DNA of 64,000 nucleotides from Octopus vulgaris (GCA_951406725.2 OX597832.1:20088001-20152000), one strand, 5' to 3'. Positions 14,560 through 28,712 are shown, counted from the stretch's first letter. Translations and numbers: made by a program. Notes: generated by a model not told the origin, from the sequence alone.

Positions 14560-14830
14560 GTATACCGGAAGCCAGAAAGTGTATGGGGTCATCAGGAGAG
14601 AATGCGCGACGTTTCGGGGCCTACCCCTCAACGGCATCAATGTGCACCGGCCCCCCTCACTGATATGAGGCCCCGCTTGCTAGAAGTTAAACTGGTTATG
14701 AAGTTAAACTCAATATCCTTCGAGCCATCTCTCATCGTCTCTTTTTAACCAAATCCAGTGGCTAGCCTTCTCCACTGTAGATTGGATATTGACTTTACGA
14801 TGAGTTAGGTCCAGCGATAACAACAGTGAA
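14560..14830 (-). mobile_element. 3' end of a restriction-like-endonuclease non-LTR element (HERO-like)
   Basis: The minus frame reads LLLSLDLTHRKVNIQSTVEKASHWIWLKRDDERWLEGY* (stop at 14710-14712), resembling the recalled C-terminal motif AExASxWLWxKR of HERO-type elements. A GC-rich 3' UTR follows. Confidence 0.55.
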
Positions 14831-15066
14831 CTGTTCCGTTGATTAGATAAGCTGGAACACCGTTGTCAGCCATTGGAGGCCAATGTCCAATGGCCAAAGA
14901 CTAGCGACACTCTTGAATCTCAGAGTACCAAGGATTTTGATCCATACATGTAACTCCCAATAAATTGGTTGAGTGTTCTTCTTTCGTTTGTCTACTCACT
15001 ACACACTCGTATATATGTGTGCGTGTATGTGTGTGTATGTATGTATGTGTGTATACATGTGTATAC

Positions 15067-15101
<35 letters not shown>

Positions 15102-15130
15102 TATTTATATATACACACATGCATACATAC

Positions 15131-15168
<38 letters not shown>

Positions 15169-15201
15169 TGTTATATTTCGGAATGGTCATATATATATAC
15201 A

Positions 15202-15400
15202 GGCGCAGGAGTGGCTGTGTGGTAGGTAGCTGGGTTACCAACTACATGGTTCCGGGTTCAATCCCACTGCGTGACACATTGGTCAAGTGTCTTCTACTAT
15301 AGCCTCGGGCCGACCAAAGCCCTGTGAGTGGATTTGGTAGACGGAAACTGAGAGAAGTCCGTCTTGTATATGTATACGTGTATGAATATATATGTTGATG

Positions 15401-15445
<45 letters not shown>

Positions 15446-15670
15446 TTGTGTGTATTTGTGTGTGTGTGACTGTGTTTGTCCCCCCAACGTCGCTTGACAG
15501 CCGATGCTGGTGTGTTTATGTTCCCATAATTTATCGGTTCGACAAAAGACGCCGATCGAATAAGTACTAGGCGTACAAACAATTAGTCCTGGGGTCGATT
15601 TCCTCGACTAAAAACGGTGCTCCAGCATGGCCGCAATCAAATGACTAAAACAAGTAATAGGGTAAAAGGG
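15202..15670 (+). mobile_element. SINE family B, full length (tRNA-like head, CORE-like segment, internal TA/TG tract)
   Basis: GGCGCAGGAGTGGCTGTGTGG (A box) ... GGTTCAATCCC (B box) ... TTGGTCAAGTG ... ends CCAGCATGGCCGC..TCAAATGACT.AAACAAGTAA. Confidence 0.9.
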
Positions 15671-16061
15671 ATATATATATATATATATGTGTATGTACAT
15701 ACGTATATATATATATATGCATATATAAATACGAGCAGCAAGCCATTTTCAGCCCTTATGTCACTGACGTACGAATATTTTCATTGTATACGTGTGTAAA
15801 AGTATATGTAGGTTCTACTGCTTGGTATTAAGCTACTGTGTTATAGAAAGGCTCCCTTTTAGCGTAGATAAGGGTCTGACCTTTCACATGCATGTCTATT
15901 TACTCTGATATGGCATTCACCGACATAGCTGGATTTGTCTGCTTTCTGATTTTAGTGTTAACTGTCTTCTCAAAATTATCACTCACGATCCAGATTACAT
16001 TTATCTATTTACTTTTTGTTATATTTGTCTGCTTTTTACCAAGCACACCTATAGCTATCTA

Positions 16062-16125
<64 letters not shown>

Positions 16126-16211
16126 CGTAAATGGCTGGCCGTCTCATATAAAATATTCTATCACTTCTTGTCTATGTAAGCACAGACTCTGAGTGTGAGT
16201 ATGTCTGAGTA

Positions 16212-16302
<91 letters not shown>

Positions 16303-16368
16303 TTATATATATAAGAGAGAGATAGCTAGATGGATGGATAGACAGATAGATGTATAGATGCATAGATT

Positions 16369-16436
<68 letters not shown>

Positions 16437-16679
16437 TGTTTGTGTGTGTGCATGTATGTAGCCTCTCACGAATGCACACATTCAAGGCAGAAATGCACAT
16501 TGTTACAGTCACGCACACAGATATATAGCTATAATTTTAGTCTCCACATCATTGTCTATCTTCGGTATTCCTTTCTCATGTCTCATTCTCTGGAAATACA
16601 CACCCGTTCGACGCAGTTACTCAATGCATGTATATGTACGTGTGCATATATATATATATATATATATAAAAACATATAG

Positions 16680-16731
<52 letters not shown>

Positions 16732-16752
16732 ATATATATATCTATCTATCTA

Positions 16753-16816
<64 letters not shown>

Positions 16817-16842
16817 CATATATATGTGCATAGATAAGTGTA

Positions 16843-17232
16843 GGCGTAGCTGTGTGTTAAGCAGCTTGCTTTCCAACCACATGGCTCTGGGAACAGTTCT
16901 ACAGCGTTGCAACTTGGGCAAGTGTCTTGCACTTAAGCCTCTGGCCGACCAAATCCATGAGAATGAATTCGGTAGACGAAAACTGGAAGAAGCCCGTCGT
17001 ATATGCATTTCTTCTGTATGTATGTATCTGTGTGTCTGTGTTTGTTCCCTCACCATCGCTTTCACAACTGATGTTGGTGTATTTACGTACCCAGAACTTA
17101 GCAGTTCGGCGAAAGACACCGATAAAATAGATACAAGGCTTACAAAGAATAAGTCATGGGGTAGATTCTTTCTACTAAATGCAGTGCTCCAGCATGGCTT
17201 CAGTCAAATGACTGAAACAATTAAACCAATAA
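16843..17232 (+). mobile_element. SINE family B, diverged copy
   Basis: Colinear with 15202-15670 and 43670-44068. Confidence 0.85.
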
Positions 17233-17236
17233 ATGA

Positions 17237-17275
<39 letters not shown>

Positions 17276-17637
17276 AAAATATATATGTATATCATGTTAT
17301 AGGTATATTTACATATCTTACGGTACGTTCTTGATATTCGTATTATCTTCCTCCAGTATATCTTAGTAACTACGTCAACGTATCTCTGTGCCTCTCTCTC
17401 TTTCATATTATCTATATACCTATCTATTTCTGGTTTTATCTATGTATCTTACTGTCTGCCTACCTGGGCACATAGTGACTGCGATTTTTCCTCTCTCTTG
17501 AAGTATTTGGGTCACTGGGACACCTCTTAACACGAAGGCAATTTCTCAAGGCAATGTTGTTTACAATCTGCCCAGCTATCGTTTCAGAGACTTAATTGCA
17601 TTTCTTCAAACGCTCCAAGTGACACACGTACAACCTT

Positions 17638-17756
<119 letters not shown>

Positions 17757-17967
17757 AGTAGACATGTATGTGTTGGCGAGTCTGTGTGCGGAATTAGAAC
17801 AGGTGGTCTTTTAAATGACAGTTTGAAATTTATACGTGATACAGCATTTTTGAGATCAAAACTACCTCTCTCCTTTAATCAACTATTTAACAAGAAATAT
17901 TATTACCAGTATCTTTTCTGATAGCCAGTATGTCAATTAACCTGTCTGTATACCAGTATCTATCAGC

Positions 17968-18056
<89 letters not shown>

Positions 18057-18857
18057 CACATACATATATACACATATGTATATATATATATATATATATA
18101 TATCTGTGTGTATACGCGTGTGTGTGTATAAATACATGTATGTATGTAGGTAGGTAGGTATGTGGGTGGGTAGGTAGGTATCGGGATCTTTGTCGACTTT
18201 CTGCGGAGTGTTTAAGTTTTCTTCTGATTGTATGGTCCTTTCCTCTTAAAGATTTTGATGACTAAGAAAAACCAATCTTCGCATGAAACAGGCAGAAACA
18301 AAATGGTCATTCTTAGTGTATCTTGCATGTTTTCATTTTATCTCCATCTTCTTAATCTTTGACTCCTCAGCTTTAATGGAAATAGACTGAGTCCAGTTTT
18401 CACGCCCGGTACAGCGGTTCTGAACTGCCCACGTCTTTGTTAATTCTAGAGTTGAAGGAAAAAGCCTTCGATATAGAAAACATATTCAATTTTTTCAATA
18501 AATATATCAAAGATGATGTTAAAAGTATGAAAATCGGTCTTTGATTTAGTCTGTGCAAGATGTTTGGTATTGGTGATCAATGTGCGTTCGAAGGAATCAT
18601 ACGACCTATCGAATTTGTTGGAATATTTTTGCAAATCTCTGTCTGCGTGTCAGAAAATAGCACTGTCTTCTGCGTATTGAAGTTCTGTGATGTTGGCTGT
18701 TGGTTAATCAATGTATTAGAAATAAAGCTATGCCAAAAAATTCAAGAAAAAACTATCCATCAACGCAGTATCTACTATCGATATCTAGATTGCAGAAAGT
18801 TAAAAAAAACCAAGCATCAAGTATGACGAGTGTAGTCAGCTATTTTTTATAATATAG

Positions 18858-19446
18858 GCATGAAAGTGGTTCAGCTGAACCACTTTCATGCAATACCTAT
18901 TTCTTTACTACCCACAAGGGGCTAAACACAGAGGGGACAAACAAGGACAGACAAACGGATTAAGTCGATTATATCGACCCCCAGTGCGTAACTGGTACTT
19001 AATTTATCGACCCCGAAAGGATGAAAGGCAAAGTCGACCTCGGTGGAATTTGAACTCAGGACGTAACGGTAGAGGAAATACAGTTACGCATTTCGCCCGA
19101 CGTGCTAACGTTTCTGCCAGCTCGCCGCCTTTCATACAATACGCCTCAGAAAACCTCTCGCCATAAAGTGGAAAGACAGGATCCAGGACACTCAGGTACT
19201 AACACGTGTTAACCTACCCAGCATCCATACCATTTTGATACAATCTCAGCTTTGCTGGGCAGGGCACGTAGCTCGCTTGTCAGACGATGATTACCAAAAT
19301 GATTGTTCTTTGGCGAGCTGCAAAAGGGAAAGCGTTCACAAGGCGACCAGAAGAAGCGCTTTAAGGACATCGACCATAATACTTGGGAGCAGTCTGCTCT
19401 AGACAGAGAAGGGTGGCGATCAGCTGTCCACAATGGTGCCCAACTG
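18858..19446 (+). mobile_element. RTE-clade LINE ORF C-terminal fragment, interrupted by a SINE A
   Basis: QLNHFHAI|RLRKPLAIKWKDRIQDTQVLTRVNLPSIHTILIQSQLCWAGHVARLSDD..LFFGELQKGKRSQGDQKKRFKD..TWEQSALDREGWRSAVHNG. Confidence 0.85.
18897..19129 (-). mobile_element. SINE family A, full length, with 13-bp TSD
   Basis: Reverse complement of 44453-44682; flanked by TTTCATGCAATAC (18884-18896) and TTTCATACAATAC (19130-19142). Confidence 0.92.
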
Positions 19447-19988
19447 ATGATGATGACTACGACAGCGGCAACGATGACAGCGACGACGATGACAATGACG
19501 ATGAGGACGACGACGACGATGACGACGACGACGATAATGATGATGATGATGATGACGATGACGACGATGATGATGATGATGGTGATGATGATGGTGATGA
19601 TGGTGATGATGGTGATGATGATGATGATGATGATGATGATAATGATGATGATGATGATGTGATGATGATGATGATGATGACTTTGACAGCGGCAACGATG
19701 ACAATGACGACGAGGATGACGACGACGACGATAATGATGATGATGATGACGATGACGATGATGATGATGATGAGGATCATGATGAATTCAAATAAAGAAA
19801 TGAAATTAAGGCAAAAAAAAAACGAAGTTGAAATAGATGAGCAATTGACAAACCATGTAGTAGAGTGCCGAGTATGAAAGATGAACGTAGGAGTAGAAAT
19901 TTAAACAATAAAACCGAAACGTAAAGAAAATAGCGTTAGAAGGAAAGCAATCACAAAAAAAAAAAAAATAATAATAATAATAATAATG

Positions 19989-20037
<49 letters not shown>

Positions 20038-20042
20038 TGATG

Positions 20043-20138
<96 letters not shown>
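19446..20138. repeat. (GAT/GAC)n then (AAT)n microsatellites
   Basis: Direct reading. Confidence 0.95.
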
Positions 20139-20139
<1 letters not shown>

Positions 20140-20502
20140 CGTGTCGGTGAGAAAAACCGACAACAATAAAAATAAAATTAAAATAGCAAAAAAAAATAAA
20201 AGAAAACAATGATAATCTAGGGCATGATTTAGATTTCAGCCTCCGGTGAGCTTTAAGGTAAAGATATACATAGGAACGGTGCCAATGTTTGCTGAGCGAC
20301 CAAGAAGGGCGAAGTTGTGTAAACCACGTACAGGACGGAAGCAGTCATCAGTGAGAAAACATTGGTTTGGGCGAGGTGGGACATGAATGATTTAGTTTTA
20401 TGGCAGCCTGTCATTAGTGTGTGTGTTGTGTGTACGGGTGGGTGTATGGATAGATGTGCGGATGTGTGTTTGTGGTGTGAGTGTGCGCAGGGGGATGTGT
20501 GC

Positions 20503-20577
<75 letters not shown>

Positions 20578-20626
20578 AGATAAGATATATATATATATAT
20601 ACGTATATATATGTATATATTGTATG

Positions 20627-20657
<31 letters not shown>

Positions 20658-20746
20658 ATATATATGTATGTGTATATATATGTATGTATATATATTTATA
20701 TATATATACATATATATATATATATGTGTGTGTGTGTATGTATGTA

Positions 20747-20833
<87 letters not shown>

Positions 20834-20980
20834 AATATATACATAAATATATACGTAAATATATACATGCAGAAGCGCAAACATACATACATATATATGT
20901 ATATATATATATATATGTGTGTGCGAACACATATATTTATAGCCGCATAAAAGTGGGCGTAGATAAATGTGTGTATATTT

Positions 20981-21021
<41 letters not shown>

Positions 21022-21209
21022 ATGTATGTATGTGTGCGTGTACAAACATACTTTTATGTCAGTGTATACAATCCCATGGGTGTAGATGAGTACGTGTATG
21101 TGTGTGCATGTGTGTGTATGTGTATTTATAGTAACGGGGGCGGCTATAAATGAACAGATATAATAGTAGACAACCGATGCATAGACTGATAGTAGACAAG
21201 TAGAGAGAC

Positions 21210-21246
<37 letters not shown>

Positions 21247-21248
<2 letters not shown>

Positions 21249-21510
21249 TCCAGGCGTGGCTGTGTGGTAAGAAGCTTGCTTCCCAACCACTTCGTTCCAG
21301 TTTCAGTCCCACTGTGTGGAGACTTGGGCAGTGTCTTCATCTATAGCCTCGGGGCGACCATTGCATTGAGAGGGCATTTGGTTGAGTGTAACTGAAAGAA
21401 GCCCGTGTTTGTGTGTCTGTATTTGTCTCTTCACCATCGCTTGACAACCGATTTTCGTGTGTTTACGTCCCCGTAAACTAGAGGTTCGGCAAAAGACACC
21501 GATAGAATAG
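21247..21510 (+). mobile_element. SINE family B, diverged and 3'-truncated
   Basis: Head and body colinear with family B. Confidence 0.8.
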
Positions 21511-21557
21511 CCTGCGAAATTTCCAGTCACTGGAACCGTATCGAACTGTTTCATATA

Positions 21558-21756
21558 TATAATGATAGACGCCATGATAGATCGTTAGCTACTACACACA
21601 TTTTTTTCTCTCCTTGTTTTTTCAGTGTACCTTTCTGTAGAAGAGCGTAGGCTCGAAGCGTAAAAGACTTTTTCTATTCCTGAGCGTTATACTAATACAT
21701 CTGTTTGTTTGTACACCACCTGCCTTCGTCTTTTGTTTATTTCGTAAACTCTCCCT
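21558..21756 (+). mobile_element. Short PLE-derived element (family H3) with hammerhead motif at 21631-21666
   Basis: CTTT-CTGTAGAA-GAGC(GTAG)GCTC-GAAG-CG-TA-AAAG. Homologous to 42140-42303 and 48505-48632; flanked by (TA)n. Confidence 0.65.
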
Positions 21757-21770
21757 TTATATATATATAT

Positions 21771-21860
<90 letters not shown>

Positions 21861-22711
21861 TTATCTTGTTACATTCATATAAATATGTGTATGAATGTAT
21901 AGATAGATGGATTGATACATACATACATAAACAGGACGAGATATCGATATACATACATATCAATCTATTACATATTTTATATTTGTATGCGCATGTACGC
22001 GCGAGTGTGTGTGAATGTATGTATGTGTGTGTGCATGTGTGCGCGTGTGTGTGTTATCTACTGATATGAAACATTGTGTTTGCGCCTTTAAAAATGTATA
22101 ACTTCGTCCCCATGTAAAATATTACGAAATGAAAAACCCTGGATTTAGCATAAGATCCTTGCCCAGTCTGCTGAGAAAATCGGAGTATATTCCTTTATTG
22201 TATTTTATTATATGTATTATTTACATCTCAGCTGGATTGTAGTCAGAAATCATTTTACTACGCTCGCCACTGGTCTTTAGTATGTAGATAAATCGACTTA
22301 GCTTAAAAGAATATATGCTAATTTGCATATTATTGTCAACGTTACAAACATTGAGACGCTTGTCATTCATAAGCACAGCGTGGAACGTTTTTAGAAAAAT
22401 AAAAATGCTGTATAGCAATATATACTTGGAAGGTTAAAACATAGTGTCTTGCTGAGAGATTGTGGTTCTGGAGAGATTGTATATAACTCAAGATTTGGAG
22501 AAAAAATTTGTGAGTTGCCAATTTCTAACAGTTTGAAAAGGTGTTATGTACTCACCAGTAATTGTTTAGCAATACGTATTTCAAATTCTTTTAAACAGTT
22601 GCATAAACTTCGATGTTTATGTTTATAATCAATCATACTTAGCCTTGGGTTATAGCTGTTTTTTCTTCTCTATTGATCACTGTTTTTTTAAATTTTTTTT
22701 CTTTATTGCCC

Positions 22712-23516
22712 AGACAAAGGGATTAAGTCGATCACATCGACCCCAGTGCGTAACTGGTACTTATATAATCGACCCCGAAAGGATGAAAGGCAAAGTCGAC
22801 CTCGGCGGAATTTGAACTTAGAACGTAGCGGCAGACGAAATACTTATTTCTTTTTTACCCACAAGGGGCTAAACATAGAGTGGACAAACAAGGACAGACA
22901 AACGGATTAAGTCAATTACATCGAACCCAGTGCATAACTGGTATTTATTTAATCGACACCGAAAGTATGAAACGCAAAGTCGACCTAGGCGGAATTTGAA
23001 CTCAGAACGTAACGGCAGACGAAATACCTATTTTTTTTACTACCCACAAGGGGTTAAACACAGAGAGGACAAACAAGGACAGACATAGGTATTAAGTCGA
23101 TTACATCGACCCCAGTGCGTAACATATATATATATATATATATATAATGATAGATGTCATGATAGATCGTTAGCTACTACACACATTTTTTCTATCCTTG
23201 TACTTATTTAATCGACCCCGATAGGATGAAAGTCAAAGTCGACCTCGGCGGAATTTGAACTCAGAACGTAGTGGCAGACGGAATACCTATTTCTTTATTA
23301 CCCACAAGGGGCTAAACCCAGAGGGGACAAACAAGGACAGACATAGGTATTAAGTCGATTACATCGACCCCAGTGCGTAGCTGGTACTTAATTTATCGAC
23401 CCCGAAAGGATGAAACGCAAAGTCGACCTCGGCGGAATTTGAACTCACAACGTAACGCAGACGAAATACCGCTAAGCATTTCGTCCGGCGTGCTAACGAT
23501 TCTACCAGCTCACGCC
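22712..23516 (-). mobile_element. Tandem head-to-tail array of four SINE A units (one head, three headless ~180-bp units)
   Basis: Repeated catcgaccccagtgcgtaactggtact...gaaaggatgaaaggcaaagtcgacctcggcggaatttgaact. Junctions gacgaaatac|ctatttc lie near 22843, 23027 and 23286. Confidence 0.9.
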
Positions 23517-23659
23517 CTCTATTGATGACTGTTTGCCGATGGTTGTGTTTACCTTGAGTTATGCCCCTTTATAAACGTTAGCTCTTCCAATTAACTAAGA
23601 AGCGCATCTATCTTACGTTGATGTAAAATATTATTATACTCTCCATATATGATACAAGG

Positions 23660-23838
23660 TCAGAAAGAGGTAAGTGAATTTCATCGACCTCAGTATTCAA
23701 CTGGTATATATCTTATCGACCCCGAAACGATGAAAGGCAAAGCCGATCTCGTCGGAACTTGAACTCAGAACGTAAAAACAGATGAAATGCTGCTAAGCGC
23801 TTCGCCCAGCGTGCTAACGATTCTGCCAGTTCGCTGTC
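23660..23838 (-). mobile_element. SINE family A, older diverged copy
   Basis: Colinear with the family A head and body. Confidence 0.8.
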
Positions 23839-25320
23839 TTATTATAGTCTACATATTCAGTGTAAATTCATCTCTGTCCGTACCCTTTACGACTCTTCCC
23901 GATATTCGGTCAACTAAAATGCTTATATAATTGATTCAGATTGTAATTAACCGTAGAAAATATTTTTTTAGGAATCGAGTGTGAAATTTATTGTGAAAAA
24001 ATATGCTACAATATCTATCATTTGATTTACTGGTACACTCGAGCCAACGGATTTCCAATGTTCACGCCTAACTTCATTTCATTCACGAGGCTCTAACAAA
24101 TGAGATTTTGAGTTCTTGACGACGTCATGTTTTGTAAGCGCTACGTAGTGTTACATTTTCCATCGCAATATGTGTCAATAAAGGCAGGATGTGCCACCAC
24201 CGAGGTTCGGGAAATATGAGATTTCCCAGCTGAGTCAGGAGCTTTGATTGAGTGGTGGGAATATCATCAAAAGACTCTAATGATAATTCACTCAGTGGCA
24301 TCCATAAACATGCAAATCTGATCAACAAATGTCAGGAATTAATTTGAAGTAATTTCAGAGAGAGAGAGAGAGAGAGAGGGGGGAGGGAGAGGGATGGAGA
24401 GAGAGAGAAAGACAGACAGACAGCCAGACAGACGGACAGTGAGAGAGAGCGACGGATGCTACGAATCTCTGGTTTAAAATCTCTTGTTTAAAATCTCTGG
24501 TGTAAAATTTCACAATAATATTGCTTTGAACTAGAAGCGGAAAAATACAAACCCTGTCAAATTCCAATACTAATGAAGGATTATTAGCTCATTATTGAGT
24601 AAAATCACCAGGAAATATTAGAATGGCGATGAGAAATGTATAGTGATAAATTTACAGAAAGTAGGGTCTTGGTGATAATAAAGAGATTTTCCAAGACAAA
24701 GATTAATAGTAAAACAACCTATAAGAGACCAAACACAGATAAAAAATATAAAACAGATTTTCTGGAAATATCACTGAAGTGAAAGATGCGAACATCCGTT
24801 GGTGAAATAAACACTTAATATTAGGAGGGTACTAGAGAGAGTTAATTTAAAATAAGTGTGCTACATGTGAATGCTCAATTTCTATTTTACTGGTAAACGG
24901 TACAAGTGCAAATTAGATATCAATTTTTTAGATTATGAACCGTAAAAACAATTCGTTGACATTGTCAAGGACATAGCAATCAAAGTAAAAGGGAGAAAGA
25001 AACGAGCGAAAGAAAAAAATAATGAAGAAAATGGGAAAGTTAATGAGTAGATGGTGTCCAGAAGGAAGAATGTGCAGAAGCATGTAAACAGATCAACAAT
25101 AGGATAGAGCGCAAATGCGAAAATTAATTATCCGCAAAATTGATCCACTGGATTAAAATAAAAAATTTCAAAAGAGATAACAGAAATGTCGTTATAGAGA
25201 GATTACAGTCTATTAGTTTAGTGCCAAAATATCTCAAAAATTTAGTTATAGAGAAATCACTTAATTTGGAGCGCAGTAATAGACAAATGGTTAATGATAG
25301 GTAAGAGTTCAATCACTGAG

Positions 25321-25583
25321 CTGCTCACCGGCACGCATCATCGACCTATCACATCACCGACTGCTTCACCTGCAATTCTACCAATATTATCTACTACATC
25401 TGATCTCTCTACCCTTCTATATAGATTGGGCAAACGGGACGCCGCTTTGCTGACCGGTTCGCGAGACATCCGAAACGGCAATTATACCCCGGTCTCGCGT
25501 CATTTCCGCTCTACCGTTCACTCTTTGTGAAAACTGACCCTGTTCGGATTCTCCTTCCACAGGGGCTATCCGGACTCCCGTTT
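25321..25583 (+). mobile_element. Penelope-like GIY-YIG endonuclease fragment (degenerate)
   Basis: Pieces read ITDCFTCNSTNIIYYI / IGQTGRRFADRF / RDIRNGNYTPVSRHFRSTVHS, the PLE pattern FTCxSxNxIY..YIGxTxRxLxxRxxEH..VxxHF. Confidence 0.8.
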
Positions 25584-26427
25584 GTTTATTGTTAATTCTA
25601 ATAAATATTTATAGCTGATTATTGGTTATATGAGTGACCGAGAATTTAATGTATTTAAAGAAGCTGAATATAAGGAGATATAGGAAATTTAGAAATTTAG
25701 AATGCATTGATTGGTATGAAGATAGGAAAGGCAACAGGTAAATATGCAAGATTCATCAAGTTTCTCAAAAGAAAAAAACGGGTCATATTCTGTTGGCAAC
25801 TGGCAATAAAACACTTCCACGGATACACCAAACCAGATCAAATTTTTAGCATCTTGAACAATACTTTTATAGAATAGTTTTATACAACGAAGATAACATT
25901 ACATTTCTTTGGGGTTTTTTTCACAAAAATATAAGACTCCCATTTCACTTCTCTAGTTATCACTTTATCCTTGTGTTAGACATTAATGAATCAAAAGAAA
26001 TAGGATGCAGAATTATATTTTGATCAATCTACCGCTGCCTCATCCCGAAGTGAGTCTTTGAGGAACATGGACATTAAAAGGCAACCATTTTATTTACGTT
26101 TTCCTGAACAAAATTGAAGACATCATCCAACTATTGAAATAATGAAATCTATTGAAATCATGCTTTCAAATTGCGGCACAAGGCCAGCAATTTCAGGCTG
26201 TACTGGTACTTATTAAGTTGACCCCGAAAGGATGAAGAGCAAAGTCGAACATGGTGGAATTTGAATTTAGAAAATAAAGAAGGATTAAATGCAGCTAAGT
26301 TAATAACCTTAAACTCATAAAATATTATTCTGAAAATCGTTATTTTTAAGCATCTAAATATAGCAAGGAATGTTTATTAAAGATAGAAATTCCCCAGAGC
26401 ATGCATCATAATGTTTAATATTTATAT

Positions 26428-26805
26428 TACCAACCACATGGTTCCGGGTTCAGTCTCACTGTGTGGCACCTTGGGCAAGTATCATCTACTATAGCCTCGG
26501 GCCGACCAAAGCCTTGTGAGTGGATTTGGTAGACAGAAACTGAAAGAACCCCGTCGTATGTATATATATATATATGCGTGTGTGTGTGCGTGTATATTTG
26601 TGTGTCTGTGTTTGTCCCCCACAACATCGCTTGACAACCGATTTTGGTGTGTTTACGTCCCCGTAAATTAGCGGTTCGGCACAAGAGACTGATAGAATAA
26701 ATACTAGGCTTACAAAGAATAAGTCCTGGGTTCGATTTGCTCGACTAAAGGCGATGCTCCAGAATGGCCACAGTCAAATGACAAACAAATAAAAGAGTAA
26801 AAGAG
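26428..26805 (+). mobile_element. SINE family B, 5'-truncated
   Basis: Colinear with family B from taccaaccacatggttcc to the (GTAAAAGA) tail. Confidence 0.9.
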
Positions 26806-27961
26806 TGTACTTTATATTGAAGAGAGATAAAATGACTTGTGTTTATGCAGCTAAATCTTGATTTTTTTAGATTACATTTCGGTTATGATCATAAATATGA
26901 TCAGCGTATTTTTGGACTTCCGTAGCGTCACGTATTTCCAAGACATCGGAATAACACCTCAGTTTAAGTAATGAGTGTAGGCATATTGAAAATTAACAAT
27001 CTCAGGAATAAATGTATTTCAACATGTATTAAATTTACGAAGCATTTCCATGTTTCCATTTCATTGATTTATTTTAACGTATAAGGAAATTTATGCACAT
27101 TTTTTACGTCATTATATCGATAAGTTGTTGAAACCGATCGAATCGAGGTATTTATTTGCTTAGCTAACTTATCAGTAATTTTTCTGCCAACTTCTGAAAC
27201 CATGTTGATGCGAACCAGAGAGCCAAGCCTTTACTGTATCGTACAGTTTGCTACAAATAACTGTTGAATATTCCTCAAACGGTACTCCAATCATAAAGCT
27301 GTTTTGGGAAAACAAGGACACACTAGACGATATTTCAAGACACATTTCCTCTGAGAAAAACTGATTAAGTGATCAACGCTAGAGTACTTTTCAATATAGG
27401 TCTAAACGATCAGAGCCGATAGGGATAGGCAGGAAGAAACAACAACAACAACAAAAACATGATATTCAATAAAATTTATTATGTACTTTTGTTTTACTTT
27501 TGTTGGTATTTTTCTGCACACCGGAATATCTTCTGTACTATCGCCTGATTAATGACCCACTTATGGAAATCAACGGTAACTAGGCAAATCTGAGAAGAGC
27601 AATCAGATGTTTGGTCTATAAACATAAAGGGTGCGGGTAGACAGCGGTTGGGCGTGAAGTATGTTAAAGGAAAGCTTGCTTTGAATCCAGTGTCAATATA
27701 CATTCGAAGAAATGATCTATGAATTCACGAATGTATGTGTTATGTATGGCCACACACACACAAGCACGCAGACAAGTACACGAATATATACATACATACG
27801 TACATACATACACATATAAATACATATATATATATATTACCTCTATATGATCTATGTCTGTACGTATGTCTATATGTGGGGATTAAATGTGTCTGCGTAT
27901 CTGTCTGTCTGTCTATCGATATATTTATGCACTCTACTTGGAATGTGTAGGTGCATATATA

Positions 27962-28267
27962 TCTTTTTGTAAACCTAGTACTTATTCTATCGGTCTCTTT
28001 TGCAGAACCGCTAAGTTACGGGGACGTAAACACACCAGCATTGATTTTCAAGTGATGTTGGGTGGACAAACACAGACACACAAACACACACACACACACA
28101 CGCACACACACACCCACACAAACATATATATATATATATGCATATATACGACGTCCACCAAACCCACTCATAAAGCTTTAGTCGGCCCAAGGTGCAACGC
28201 AACGGAGCTGAACCCGGAACCATGTGGTCGGTAAACAAGCTACTTACCACACAGCCACTCCTACGCC
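27962..28267 (-). mobile_element. SINE family B, internally deleted
   Basis: Reverse complement of the family B head and body. Confidence 0.85.
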
Positions 28268-28270
28268 TAT

Positions 28271-28304
<34 letters not shown>

Positions 28305-28590
28305 GTATGTATGTATGTATATATATATGTATATAGTGTAGCGCATTTAAAGGGTTACACCCACGACTGAAGTTTTCTGTAATTTATATATCATGCGTGC
28401 TTATGCCTATGAATATACAAGTGGTAAAACAAATTTACGTATCTATGAAACCGTCCTTGTACATATTTGTTTTTGCGTATATGAATATACATAACCACAC
28501 ACATTTTTACGAGTGTGTAAACATACCTACATACATGCGTATGTACTCACATACACAAGTACATATGAATATATGTACATATATATATGC

Positions 28591-28629
<39 letters not shown>

Positions 28630-28662
28630 AATGTATGTACATGTACATATATATATATATGC

Positions 28663-28712
<50 letters not shown>

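Noticed and set aside
22712-23516. Regularly spaced repeats superficially like a CRISPR array
   Set aside because: Whole ~180-bp units repeat with no unique spacers; they are SINE bodies in eukaryotic DNA, and no cas genes are present.
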